Source: Eledone cirrhosa
Taxonomy: Eukaryota
Assembly (NCBI GenBank): GCA_964016885.1
Contig: OZ024740.1
Location: forward strand, 278,070,001 to 278,134,000
Direction of reading: 5' to 3'
DNA length: 64,000 bases
Each line of letters opens with the position of its first letter. Positions within the stretch are counted from its first letter, which is position 1. Below the pieces are notes generated by a model. The model did no database searches and was not told where the DNA came from. It worked only from the letters and a program-made list of their open reading frames with translations. This document shows positions 43,665 to 56,539 of the stretch, in pieces. The position numbers and the translations under genes are program-made.

Positions 43665-43865
43665 TAAAAGGGAAAGGAAATACTGACAAATTGTTCCCAG
43701 TGAAAAGTAGTTTAATTAGGAATAAGTAAAAATTAGTAATACGTATTGGTTAGTATTCATTTTTGGTTTTAAGTGTTTACCGGTTGCGCATTTCTAATGC
43801 TTTTCAAAAATAATTTTGAGATAGAGCGCCCGTGATGTTTGCTCTAATCTGATTAGTTTTGGAAA
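43665..43865 (-). mobile_element. (TA)n-associated repeat family copy with variant HHR (~43773-43812)
   Basis: Minus strand: tt-TTGAAAA-gcat-tagaa-atgc-GCAAC-cg-GTA-aa. Confidence 0.55.
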
Positions 43866-44014
43866 TTCTACCTGTTATATATATATATATGTATGTATAT
43901 ATGTGTGTGTGTGTTTGTTTGTCTCTGTGTCTGAGTTTGTGTGTGTCCGTGCATGTGTTTGTGTGTGTGCCTCTGCGTGTGTGTGTGTCCGTGCATATGT
44001 GTTTATGTGTGTGC

Positions 44015-44088
<74 letters not shown>

Positions 44089-44198
44089 TTTCAACGGTCA
44101 ATAAAAATCTGCAATCAGCAAAATAACACGAATCTTATATCACTGATTAGTTTAAAATTCTTATGAAGCTTAAGCAAGGTTTTTTTTTCTTTCTCTTA

Positions 44199-44510
44199 CA
44201 TGGCTTAGTTGTTAGAGATTTGGATTCACAATCGACTTGCCGTGGGTTCGATTACCGGACAGTGAGATACTTTGAATCCTTGAGCAAGACTTTTTATTCC
44301 ACGATGCTCCAGTTTCACTAAGTTGTAGAAATGAGTTACGATGTCACTTGTACCAAACTGCATCGGCTTTTGCCTTTACCTTGGTCACTTGGACAATATC
44401 TGTGATGTGGAAAGTAGAGACGAATATGCATGGGTCTTCCACAAACACTCTTTGCCCTGCCTTGAATTAGATCTTTCTAAGTGCAAAACCCATTGTGACT
44501 AAAGGGGGTA
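44199..44510 (+). mobile_element. tRNA-derived SINE (family C, ~300 bp)
   Basis: A box tggcttagttgttag, B box gggttcgattacc, CORE-like tccttgagcaagac...ctccagtttcactaagttgtagaaatgagt. Confidence 0.65.
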
Positions 44511-44900
44511 TTATATCACGTATCAAGAATAAAATAATTTACTCTCATTTCTGATATTATTATACATACACATATCGTAAACTGGGGTTACTTTTATGCC
44601 AACAAAATATCGTTGACAGATGTTGCTAAAATAGAGATAATTCAATGAAGCCCTATCATATGCAACGTTTTTTTTTAATAATTGTAAAAGTATCTTAATT
44701 CGTTATATAGTTATTGACAGTTATGTTTAGTTTTCTAGTTATTTTATTGATATTTTTAATCGTCGTAATTATAAATTTCACAGAAATTATGACAATAAAG
44801 AATATCTAATTATACATACAACTAATGGAGTGATATATATGATTACACTTCAAACAAATTTTCAAGAAGTGTGAAATATTAATAAAAAATGTTCATTTTA

Positions 44901-45047
44901 TTCACAAAAGTCACAGAAATAGTAGTCTTGGCCAAGTTGATACCGAGTGCAAGCCTCATAGTACCAGTTTCTACATTTATGGCCACGCTTGTGGCAGTGT
45001 TACAAGGTTGCACCATCTGACGGAGTTCCACACAGTTTCCGGGAACC
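44901..45047 (-). pseudogene. Decayed PHD-finger-like coding remnant
   Basis: Minus strand after an aatttag acceptor: KLCGTPSDGATL*HCHKRGHKCRNWYYEACTRYQLGQDYYFCDFCE*. Confidence 0.45.
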
Positions 45048-45083
45048 TAAATTCATAAAGTTTCTATTGACCCGAGGCTGTGA

Positions 45084-45280
45084 TAGACCTGCCAACCTTT
45101 AAAAACCCAAACGGGGAGTACGATGAAAAAAAGTGTCCCAAAACGGGGACAAATATGGCAAAATGAGGAGATTTTACATAAATGAAAGCTATATCCATTT
45201 TCACAAGAGAAGAAATCTCTCACCCACCCTGAAATGGGTGGGAGATCTCCCCCGTCGGACGGGGAGAATTGACAAATCTG
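45084..45280. mobile_element. ~200 bp MITE
   Basis: Imperfect TIRs tagacctgccaac / ttgacaaatctg with subterminal cgggga repeats; TSD not evident. Confidence 0.5.
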
Positions 45281-46034
45281 TTGTAATATATATACATACA
45301 TATAGACATGTATATATACGCAGTGTGTATGTGTATTGGAAATCCGTTGCGTCGCTACTGACGGCGAAAGTTGCAGTTGTTTGACCAACGGAGCGGACTG
45401 ATCGTGAAATGAACGTGCAAGTGACTACATTCTTGAACCGTTCATCCCCAGTTATAGAATCCTTATAATTTACAATATAGACTCTATAAATAGAGATGGA
45501 TTGTTCAGTGTTATATTTACAATAAATGATATGTGACGCAGTGTATAAAGCATAAGCAAAGAATCTTATATCATGACTCACACCATTTGACTTTAGTGGG
45601 TCCAACCCTTCAGTTGAAGAGCTACAAAAAGCTCTGAACAGGCGACTATGTCAGAAACTTATTTCATTTCAACTCATAGACAATCTATGGTTTCTTTAAC
45701 TCCTTAAGTTTTGTATCTCATGACACCGCTTTAATAAGACATTCTAGAAAACAAAATCAGTCCACGATAGTTTGACTATTAATAAATATATTATAAACAT
45801 TTGAACAAAGAAACCCGTATGTAAATAATTTTCTGCAAATTGTAACTGGATGTTAGAATTTAAATAAAGTAACTTTACAAGATCTTGATAGATCTTCATA
45901 TTAGACTCCAGTTTACATTTTTAAACCAGTTACTTCAAACATTGTAAAATACCCTCTCAGATCCACGTTTCTCATTTTCTCTCTCCCCATCTCGCTCGCT
46001 CCTCTTCTTTCTCTCTTTCTCTATCCCTCTCGCT

Positions 46035-46162
<128 letters not shown>

Positions 46163-46265
46163 GAGTTTTTCGAATATTAACAATTATGTTAACAAGCTTC
46201 AATTTTATAGCCATGTCAGTAGAATGAACACTTCATTCTTGCTCTTGTGTTGGCATGCGAATAGA

Positions 46266-46311
46266 ACTGCAAACACTAATGTTTCTGGGTATCACCCTTC
46301 ATCAGCACAGC
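46266..46311 (-). ncRNA. Hammerhead motif
   Basis: Minus strand: gctgtg-CTGATGA-a[gggt-gat-accc]a-GAAAC-attagt-GTT-tgcagt; stem I needs G-U pairs. Confidence 0.55.
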
Positions 46312-46375
46312 TCACGCTTCACCTGCCAAACTGTCAGAGTTAGTGAAAATATATGCTATTTTCTAAAATATAACA

Positions 46376-46490
46376 CTGACTGATCGGCCTGATTTACATG
46401 TTAGCAGACTGGCTGATCAGTCAGATCTGCATATTAGAAGATCTACTCATCAGCCAGATTTGGATATCAGCAGACTGGCCAGTCAGTTTC
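46376..46490. repeat. ~33 bp minisatellite, ~3.5 degenerate copies
   Basis: cagactggctgatcagtcagatctgcatatta-like units. Confidence 0.55.
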
Positions 46491-46676
46491 CTGTATACGA
46501 GCGATAAATGGCCGGCTTTGCCAAATTCAAATAAAAAAGAAATTTCGCTCTACATGGCTAAATACAATAAATGTAATCTGAGTTTTTCTAATATTAATAA
46601 TAACATTCGATTCGTTTGGAATTATGTAAGCAAGAAAAATAAAGTGGTGGCGTGAAGGAGATTAGAAATTTATTTT

Positions 46677-46771
46677 CTTTAACATATGTTTCCGGCTTAT
46701 TATAATTGTCTACATATGCTGACTACAACATATATGCAAAACTTAATTATTTATTACACTTCACCAGAAAG
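46677..46771 (-). ncRNA. Decayed hammerhead motif
   Basis: Minus strand: cttt-CTGGTGA-...-GAAAC-atat-GTT-aaag; A6 mutated. Confidence 0.45.
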
Positions 46772-47527
46772 TCTATAATAGGGAAGTCAACTATTCACTA
46801 CGCGGTACAATTCAGCAATGGAACTTTCGTTTAAGAAAATGTAAATAAGTTAAAGAAATAGAATGAAATGCAATCAGTTAGTGTGAGATACTAGAGAGAA
46901 GATGGAGTGGGGTTAAAGAGTTTCACATTATCAATCTGTGTGCTGTGATGTAGAACAATTATTCCTGTACCATTGGTATGGGTGAAGGATTTGATGTTTA
47001 CCATATATGGTCTAGCGGATAGAGAAGGTATAAAGAGGACAAAAAAGGCGGCGTTAGAAATTAAGATTAGGTTAGAGTGGGTAATGAGGAAGGAATTAAG
47101 AAAATGATTTGAATATTATAGAATTATTTGGGTAGGTGTGAAAAGTTCAAATGCCACAAGAAATGTACTAAATAGGATGTAGTATAACGTAGGTATTAGG
47201 GATCGAATCTTGTGCTAGCCCAGTTAGTACTTAGCGAAGGTTTTTAGAACCTTGTGTTTACAATTAAATATCCTATCGTGCCGGGAATTTAGAAGGTGCT
47301 TCGGGTCGCTATTTCAATCACTTCCACCAAACATAATCTACAGGGGCATCTTTCATTCCGGTATGGACGGACGAATGTTAGCACAGACCATTGTAGTGTG
47401 TATTTAATATTAGCGCGCTTCAGATCCCAGAATGTTTTCGCCAGGCCAGTAAATCTAGCTAAACTGTTTTTTAAAACGTGTGGATGTGCACATGCCGTCT
47501 TTTATTGGAAATATTCGAAGTGGAACT

Positions 47528-47578
<51 letters not shown>

Positions 47579-47721
47579 ATAATAATAAATTTGAAGACTA
47601 AAACCCAAAGAGAGCTCGATGAGGATAAATATATATCAAATATATATTTGAGGGTAAAAGCACCTATTCTTTGCTTAAACTTTAATCTGTTATTTTAATA
47701 AATATATATATATATATATAC

Positions 47722-48310
47722 CCAGTTTAGATTTTACCAGAAATTGCTACACTGCAGTTACAGTGTATGGTTTCTTCTCCGGTTCCTGTGTTGGGGTTGT
47801 TATTCTGGGTATGTTGTTGTTGTTCCGTATATGCGCGTGAAGTGAAAGAGGCGTTGGTATTCGCGGGTGTTGGTCTGCTCAGTGTTGGAGACTGCGGATG
47901 TTGTTGAGGGTTCAGAGTATGTCCGGTTTTCCGGTGGCTGTTAAGGCGCTTGTTATTCAATTTCACGATGAAATCCCCCAGGTTAGCTGTGGTGGAATAG
48001 GATTATCGGATCGTGTTTCTATTTAGTATTATATGGAATTTGTCTGTACGTGGAAAGTGTTCGTCCATAAGTTAGAAGAAGAGATAGGATAGCTTAGTAG
48101 TTTTCATATCGTTGTGCAGGAGATTATACCATAGGTATGATTTTGTGCGGGACCTCGACGTTTTCTTATTTGCAGTATTATTATTTGTCCCGTCATTGTG
48201 GTGTTTTGAGCTGTTGGTATTTAAATTTGCCAATTTTGTATGGTATGCTTGTGTTGTTTTCTCGTTAGGTGGTTGGAAATTCTTTATTTCTGTCTTTTGT
48301 ATCGGTGGAA
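47722..48310 (-). pseudogene. PLE RT-EN linker fragment
   Basis: KSYLWYN...TTKLSYLFF*LMDEHFP...ILNRNTIR*SYSTTANL, homologous to 39050-39200 and 34800-34990. Confidence 0.8.
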
Positions 48311-48381
48311 ACTTCCGGCCTTCTTGACCCTCAGACCACATCCCTACTCACTGCTATAGGAGCGGAGTTGTCTACCTGCAA

Positions 48382-48595
48382 TTGCGGTGAATTGGCAGTG
48401 TTAGTAGAGCATTGAAAAATATTCTTTGCGTCATAGTTACGGTCCTTTACGTTCTGAGTTCAAATCCCACCGATCTTAACTTTGCCTTTCATCCTTACGG
48501 GGTTGATAAAATAAAGTACCAGTAATGCACCGTGGTCAATTTAATCGACTTTCCCCACAAAAAAAAAAGAAAATGATTTGCCTTGTGCCTAAATG
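48382..48595 (+). mobile_element. SINE family A, long-tail variant
   Basis: Match to consensus with gtcaatttaatcgactttcccc insert. Confidence 0.8.
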
Positions 48596-49197
48596 TAAAA
48601 TATGAATAAGATAAAACACAAACATTCTTACCTTATTGAAAAGTCTTTGAATTTTTGTGTGGCACATCCCGGAGACATTATAGAACAAAGCAGTACACTT
48701 TCATTACACGTAGATATATTCCTGTTGTTTTTTTTTATGTTAGTTGGAGAGTTATTAGTTATTCAGTAAGTTTTGTTTCTTATCTTAGTCTACTGAAGGT
48801 TTTTTTTACCATCTTACTTTCTTTTTTGCAATTTCAAAACTGCATTCTATTATAACTTAATTTTTTTTATGTTTTTTAAACTTTTATTGTTTCTCGTTTT
48901 TTTCTTGATTTAGTTTTAGTTTTTTTATAATTTCTTGTGACGAATAGTCAAAACATATTTTGAAACGAAATAATAGATGACACTTATTTCACCATTAATC
49001 AGTGTATCACTCCTTCATTATTTCTCTCTCTCTCTCTCTCCATCTCTTTCTCTCGCTCTCTCTCACTCTATCTATCTATCTCTTCATATAAATAAATTTT
49101 GAGTATATGTTGGTTGTTTTACCGACACCTCATATGCAGATTGGAGCACTCGACGAAGTACGCAGGTTGGTTTGTTTACTCCGGAGTAATGTAAAAT

Positions 49198-49386
49198 AAT
49201 TGTTTCTACTTTTGGCACAAGGCCATCAATTACCCAGTGCATTACTGGTACTTTATTTTATCGACCCCGTAAGGATGAAAGGCAAAGTAAACCTCGGCGG
49301 GATTTGAACTCAGAATGGCAAGGACCGTAACTCTTTGCGTCAAAGCATGGCATCCGACCCTCTACCGATACTGCCAATCCACCGCC
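49198..49386 (-). mobile_element. SINE family A
   Basis: Full-length match. Confidence 0.85.
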
Positions 49387-49460
49387 ATCTGATAAGAATA
49401 ATAATTAATAATTGAGTCGAATATGTAAAATTTGGCTTCGTTTATTATAAATTATAAATT

Positions 49461-49516
49461 TACTGCTATATATATTTCGGTGACAGCCATCATTGGCTCT
49501 GACCTCTTCAGACAGT
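49461..49516 (-). ncRNA. Type I hammerhead motif inside inverted-repeat cassette 49395-49710
   Basis: Minus strand: actgt-CTGAAGA-ggtcagagcca-atga-tggctgtcacc-GAAA-tatatata-TA-gcagt; same family as 26703. Confidence 0.75.
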
Positions 49517-50213
49517 CCGAATTGGTGTGGAAAAGACAGGTACACATGTTGTTGGGGTGTGTTTCACTCCGTCAATACATCGATATGTCCAGCTCCTGGG
49601 TATGTTGTTATTCCTCCGAGGAATATATAGCAGGAATATAAAGCAGTAAATTTATAATTTATAATAAACGAAGCCAAATTTTACATATTTGACTCAATTA
49701 TTTTATTCTTTATATATATATATGTGTGTGTGTTGGGGGGGGGGAGGTATATCTATATCTGTATGTGTAACACTCACTAGTTATTTCTTTTATTCGCTTT
49801 TATTCTCACATTCCCTTTGTAGCTCTGATACTGAAAATTTGGATGGAGGATGAAAACTCCACTATTTAAGTGGCGCCAGAAATGACTGCGCAGGCGGAAG
49901 TGGGATTACTCACAACCTCCGACTGTCATAATGTGTTATAGAATGAATCCTATTGGGAGGGAGGATTTGCCTCTTGAAGCTTAGGCTGAAAAGTAGAAAA
50001 TACAGCAAATACAATACAAAAATACAAAACGCTTTTCAATAAAAAAAATGTTCACTTAACTGAAATGTAATTATTAATCAAATAATTTATTGTAAATTAT
50101 TGGAGATTCCTTATACTTAAGATTTAAGATAGTAATGAAAGAATGTTGGTACAAATGGGATTTCCTAATTACCATTTACATCACATTCCCATTGCCGGAT
50201 GGAATTTCTAAAT

Positions 50214-50410
50214 TACGAGGGTCGACTGAAAAGTTCATAGGCTGACCAAGATACGCTCATGGAATGAAAAATGTAGTTTATTTGTCAACATAGTCCTTGG
50301 ACAGAAACCATGCTGTTATTAGTAGGAGTTGAAATGAATGCATGCAAGATTTTACAGCGCTAGCCTCACTCTTTTATAGCCAGCCAATGAACTTTTCAAC
50401 AGACCATCGT
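50214..50410. mobile_element. Mariner-type MITE
   Basis: TIRs tacgaggggtcgactgaaaagttcataggctg / cagccaatgaacttttcaacagaccatcgt. Confidence 0.7.
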
Positions 50411-50726
50411 CCATTGTTCTACAAAAGGTTATGCCGCTAAGACATTCGTGTAACTATTTTCAGGTTTCTTAGTCATTTCTGTATTCTAAACTATTTCACT
50501 CAGTTATTTTTCCTTTATACTTGCGCTTTGGAATGACAGCATATACGAATTGTATTAATGTAATACGATATCTTAGGCATATATGGGGATAAATGCGTAT
50601 TTTAGGGCTGGTTTTAATAGAACTCTCTTTTGTGATAAAGTTATTTAGTTTCGATTTTACCATAGCTTATTTGGAATGTATATGTATCTGTGTGTGAGTG
50701 TGTGTGTGTATGTGAGTGTGTGTGTG

Positions 50727-50803
<77 letters not shown>

Positions 50804-51231
50804 ATGCGTGTGTGCGTGTGTGTGTGTGTGTGTGTGTGCGCGTGTGTGCTTGTTTGCTTGTTTGAATGTATGCATATTTGAATTCTATTTACATTTTTTC
50901 CTTGTAGAATGGTGAAGCAATAGATAAAATGTTGAGCTAAATGCAATTAGATGTCATACTATTTCTAGGTTGAATCAAACCATTCACAATGTCATCCCTC
51001 CAGCAATAAATTATATGGGAAATCTTTCCGCACTACTGAGAAAATTGTTATTTCAGTCTTACTAACTCGATTGCATATTTGACACTAGCCCCACGGTTGG
51101 TGTTCTATTAATTATTTTACGTTTAGTATTACGTTTTTTCTAATTAATGTGATATACGCGCTGCGTGTATCCTGTATCCTAAATAAACAAACTAATAGTA
51201 AGCCACTGGTTTTAACTTTGTCTATTATATA

Positions 51232-51405
51232 ACGATGGATTGGCAGCATCGGTAGAGGATCGGACTCCATCCTATGTAGCATATAGTTATGGTCCTTTTC
51301 GGTCTGAGTTCAAATGCCGCCGAGGTTAACTTTGCCTTTCATCCTTATCTTGTCGATAAAATATAGCACCACTAATGAACTGGGGTAATTGCTGGCCTTG
51401 TGCCA
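51232..51405 (+). mobile_element. SINE family A
   Basis: Diverged match. Confidence 0.8.
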
Positions 51406-53259
51406 ATCTCTGTTACATTTATTTCTTACTCATGCATATAATTTCTACATGTAACCACTGAATTGTATTAAATCACATGATATTACAAATAAGAGTAAAA
51501 TATTCTACTATATATCAAAAGATACAAGAACCTTTAAAATAATAGCCATCCATGGAATAGAATATATGAAGCTCCTGATTTAATTATTATATTTTCATTT
51601 TCAATCTATTCTACCTATCTTGTAATATGTACAATGAAATCTTCAAATAATTCAAATAAATGCTTGAAAAGAATTGATGTAATAAAGTTACGAAAGTAGG
51701 ATTATATTACGACACCACTTTCTGAAAAGAGGTAATGAAATTAAATGTTTACGAAGAAAAAGTGAAACTATGTCACCGAACCTGCTCTACGGGTGATCAT
51801 GATAATGATCGATAAAGTTGGATTTTATTAAACATTTTCAACCTCGTTATGATCAGAGATGTTTTCTTTGATCTTTCTATCTTCGTGAATGGGAAAGAAA
51901 AAGACAAGTAAGAACAAAAATAGAGAATACAATGTTACACTAAATATATGTGAACTCAAATTCAGACTTTTGAGTGCATTGTATATCTTCAGATATTGCA
52001 AATGTGTATTGTTGTAACGACATTATTAGTTTGGAATGAGATAAAGCAGACAGGAAGATATTAATATGATTGTAAGAAACAACTTTCATTTGCATTTTCA
52101 AAACCAAAATGTGTTTAACGATTCCGCTACACTTTCCAATTAGAGTTAATTAACTCGAAAGAGATTTTCTTTTACAATTTTTTTCGGGTTCAGTCTTCGT
52201 ATTCCGGTAATAATTAAGATAGTGATAGCACCTTTTTATGAAACAGTTGTGAGCTGTGAAATTTAAAATTAATTAGTATTCTTTAATTAGCATTTCTTTT
52301 TCATATTTCCTAGTTTCATAATGTTATCTGCACACAAGCAATACATTGGCAGAATAGTGAAATTTAACAACCACAAAAGAGGATAAAAAAATATGAGCAT
52401 TCATTCATTCTCGAATCTAGGTTTTATTTCTTTCAATTTAATATGATGAAAAGTCCCGTGAAATGACCAGAGATTTAGACGAGACATCTATTCTCAGTGG
52501 CAAATGATGCAGAAAATATTCCATGATACGATCTAGACAAGTAGAAAAAAGCGGAGACATATCACGAGCTTTACATATTCACTGATAAATATGAGCTCAG
52601 AGAAAGAAATGTACAAATAAAAAGATGTTACTGTGCCAAATGAGGTTTTTTTTCAGAACACACATTATAATGGTAACCGTACCATAGGTTGATTCGTGTC
52701 TGTCCGCATCCCACATTTCTGCGTATTTTATATCTTCTCTAAATATTCGTCATCTAGATTAATATTCAGCTGCCTGCGTCACAAGTTTGAGGAGACCATA
52801 CTTATCAGTAATCCCATGGTACGCTTAATATCATTTGGACATCTTAGTCGACAGATTGTGATAACAATTTTAAACCAACATCATAATCAGCTTTCTAACC
52901 AATAGGATCTATTTAGCTGACAAAAAACGAGTTTCGGTAACACTGTTACGCATTTTAATTTAACAACCTCCTGTAATGAAGGAAGAAAATTATCCCCAAA
53001 CAGAAAACCTGGTCGAAATACTGAATTCCGTTAAAGATCCTCAAGGACTAAGTTATGATGTTAAACTGATTGACGGATAAATTTTACCACCAAAGAACCG
53101 ATGACGTAAAAAGCCGGAACAAATACTGCATGGCTTCTCATTTGACGCACTGGACTGGTATTTTAATGTATCGATCGCAAAAGTACGAATGCAAATTTGA
53201 CTCCACTGCCATTAGACTAATTTACTACTTGTATGCAATAAAAAAAAGGCTATAGATGG

Positions 53260-53648
53260 TTCCGCCTCGCTGGCCAGGAAAAATAGTAATCTGCTAGCTG
53301 ATTAAGGGAGAGCGACATTATAAGGGTTTGAAAGAGAGAATGAGTGAGATAGAGTGTGGGTGGGAGAGAGAATGAGAGAGAGATAGAGAAAGAGAAAGGC
53401 AAGTCAGCAGTGACAAGTAAAATGAAATTTACACATGATCCACATGACAGGTGCAATGTGTCAGAACATGGAAGAGCCTAACTCCCACTGTCATCGCCCC
53501 CATCTCTCTCGCCCTCCGCATCACTCTGTATTGTGAGCAAATGTGGTCCCATGAGCTGGCCACCCAACGGCCCCGGCGGACAGAATGGAGAAGGCGTTTC
53601 CCCGGAGGATGGTAAGGGAGATGCGCTGGAAGAGCCATTCCATCTCGC
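53260..53648 (-). mobile_element. 5'-truncated CRE-clade retrotransposon 3' remnant
   Basis: Minus strand translates EMEWLFQRISLTILR(frameshift)NAFSILSA; 3' boundary uncertain. Confidence 0.65.
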
Positions 53649-56539
53649 AAAAAGGCTATTGTCTTATGTTTTTATCTAAGCAATATGTTTATCTTTATAT
53701 TATTCCCCTTCTTTAATAAAACAAAATTATGTTATTTTTTTCTTTTAAGGAAACGGCGGCTGAGTTTACACTGGATTAAAAAGTAAATTATATTTGTATT
53801 GCATACGGTAGGACTCTTCTATGACCATCATATTCTTTTTCTGGTGGCATTCTACTGAGAGTTCAAATAGCACACACAAGCTTGGCTAGTATACACCAAC
53901 AACAATCATAATGAATATAATGCATTTTTATTGATACACTTGAAAGATCTACCTAAATATTGACTTTGATATTCCTATCACGATAAGTGAACTAATATTA
54001 AAGAAACCAACTTTATTAAAATGGCTTACCATTGAATAACATTTAGTTTAATTTTCAGAAAACTATTTAATAGCAAATTCTGCTCCTACTATAAGATTGT
54101 TTTTTGCGTAAGATTGCTTCCGTGGGAGAAATAAGTAATAATGAATATTTACTTCCATAAGTCAAAATAGATTATTGAAATTTAATCATACATATTACTA
54201 AAAGTAGAAATGCACATTTCAAATTGCTTTATCACTTAACAATCAATAACACATTTATACGGAGACGGTGGGCAGTTGTGATGTGAATGGGTTTCACAAA
54301 CATGTTCCTGGTACTGATTAAATTAAGATTCTCTAAAACATCAAATACTAATGAGAGCTTAAATGCATCTAATAAGTGATTAAATTATGTTGAACTGCAT
54401 AATTATTTGGTATAATTATCACCATCTGGTCCGCTAAAACAGTGCATTATGTATAGTATGTGATTACCAGCAACGAATCAGGAAACTTGTGTGTGAGATT
54501 GGTGCAATTAATAATTTTGAGGAATTAGAAAACAGCTGGAAATATTGAAGAATCCAGTAGGTTATTCTGGTGGTGAATTAACGAAATTACAATATCAACT
54601 ACTATACTAAGAGAGACATAATACAGAGTATAAAATCGAGAAAAGCAAATAATAGAATTAAGTGCAAATGGAGTTCAGTCGGTATGTTCTGAATAAGGAT
54701 GTTTAAATAATACGGGGACTTTTGTTGTTTTTTTTATGAAATCTCCATAATTTTAGGTAGAATACACATAAAGAGTGGACGTTACGACTAATACCTCAGG
54801 ACTTAGTACTGAAAACTTTGAATAAAAACAAATTCAAACACCAATATATATAAACATGCATATATCCATATTTAACATTTTTTATATCATTGCAAAAGTG
54901 CATTATTTCCTTATAGTTGGGTTCTTCGTGCTTTGTTAAAAAGTAAAAATAAAATCTTTGTATAAATAAAATGTGTTATAGTTATGTAGTAACTACTGAA
55001 TAGGAGTTTGCCAATGTTTTGTTTTGTTTTTTATTTATTCATCCAATTATCTAAATAATATAACAGAATCTGAGCCTACTGCATTCAATCCTTCCAAATT
55101 TGTGAGCTTAGCTAAATACACATTTTCTTACAAATTATCGTAGAAATATGAGATAAAATAAAAAATAACGCCTGCTAGCTATAACCATCCATGCCATTTA
55201 TAGATCTTTAAATATTGATGGAGTCGTAGGAGCGCCATCGCACCATTTAAACCTGACGTGGTGCATCCCACTTCACGTCTAAATACAGTTGATTAGACTG
55301 GTACGTTGTTTATCGACCTCGAAATGACGAGAGGCGAAGTTGACCTGGGCAAATCATCTAAAGTTCGCAGCTTTGATATAATCGTAATCTGGTATAAAGA
55401 TATCTATAACAGAATAATACTGCGGTTTCCTTTCCCTGGCTCATATTAAAAGAGTTACAGATGAGATATTAAGTACGTAACTATAAACATACTATAGTTA
55501 CATACACATGCGCATTGATTCTTGCATATATTCACAATTGTGTTTAAACATATCGCCATACAAACAATGCCAGTTACTATATTGTATTTGTATTGATGGC
55601 TGGAATTCTTCTTAAGTTCGAGTCAGACTATTAGTCACCTGGCAGGGCAGGATAACTGAATGGGCAGTTTCCATTTTTCTTAATAAAAAAGTGAGACACT
55701 TTAGCGTTTAAATATCTAATATAAACATCATGATTTTCTTTATATTCACTTGAGATTCTTAGCAATGAATTATTAATTAAAATTCACAAATATAATTATG
55801 GACACCCCGAGGATATTTTAGGAAGAAATGAACAGTGATCGTATTGATTAGAATCCGTATCTCATTCAGAGTGAACAGAATTGGCACTAATTGATGTTGA
55901 GATTATTGTATTTAACATCAACAGAAATATGAGTTCTCTGAGTGTTCTATTGAGATATGGTTAGTTTAACATACATTGGAGCGTACGTATTTCTTCTACA
56001 AATTGACATAAGGCGACATATTCATATGAGAATCGGTGCAGTGTATCAAAGACTAAACAATAAGCGATATAAATGAATTGAAGGGACAGAACAGGAAAGA
56101 GAAAGGAAAACAAATAATAAAGGACAAGGCTGGTGTGTGTAAGTAAGATGTAGAAATAATATGTAAATATGTAAATATGTAAATAATATATAAATAGCTT
56201 ATAGCACAGAGTAAAGACACTTAAAGAAGAGAAAAGAATTTGACATCGGCCGCTATGAGGAATCAAACCCCATATCTGCCAGATACCGGGTTGGTGCTTT
56301 ATGTGTGTGTGTATGTCTGTGTGAGGAGGTTCGTATCTACACCAGCACACTACCCAGGCTACCTTGGTTACCCATGGAAAATGGTCATTAGATACTCTGC
56401 AGGACTAAAGCAAGACCTGTCAAATAAACCCAGCATCTGGATATAATCTATGTAGTATTAGAGAAAATAGGCAAGTTTTATTTGGGAGAATTTCAATAAA
56501 AACATCTTATCTTATGCCTCATGGTAGAAAAACAGGAGT

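Noticed and set aside
46376-46490. CRISPR-like ~33 bp periodicity
   Set aside because: Degenerate head-to-tail minisatellite without unique spacers or cas genes, in eukaryotic context
50960-52640. Candidate host exons after ttctag acceptors (~50969, ~52420)
   Set aside because: Frames close quickly, no matching donors and no recognisable protein
53540-53616. GC-rich plus-strand exon ending in g|gtaag
   Set aside because: Better explained as the antisense of a CRE C-terminal remnant
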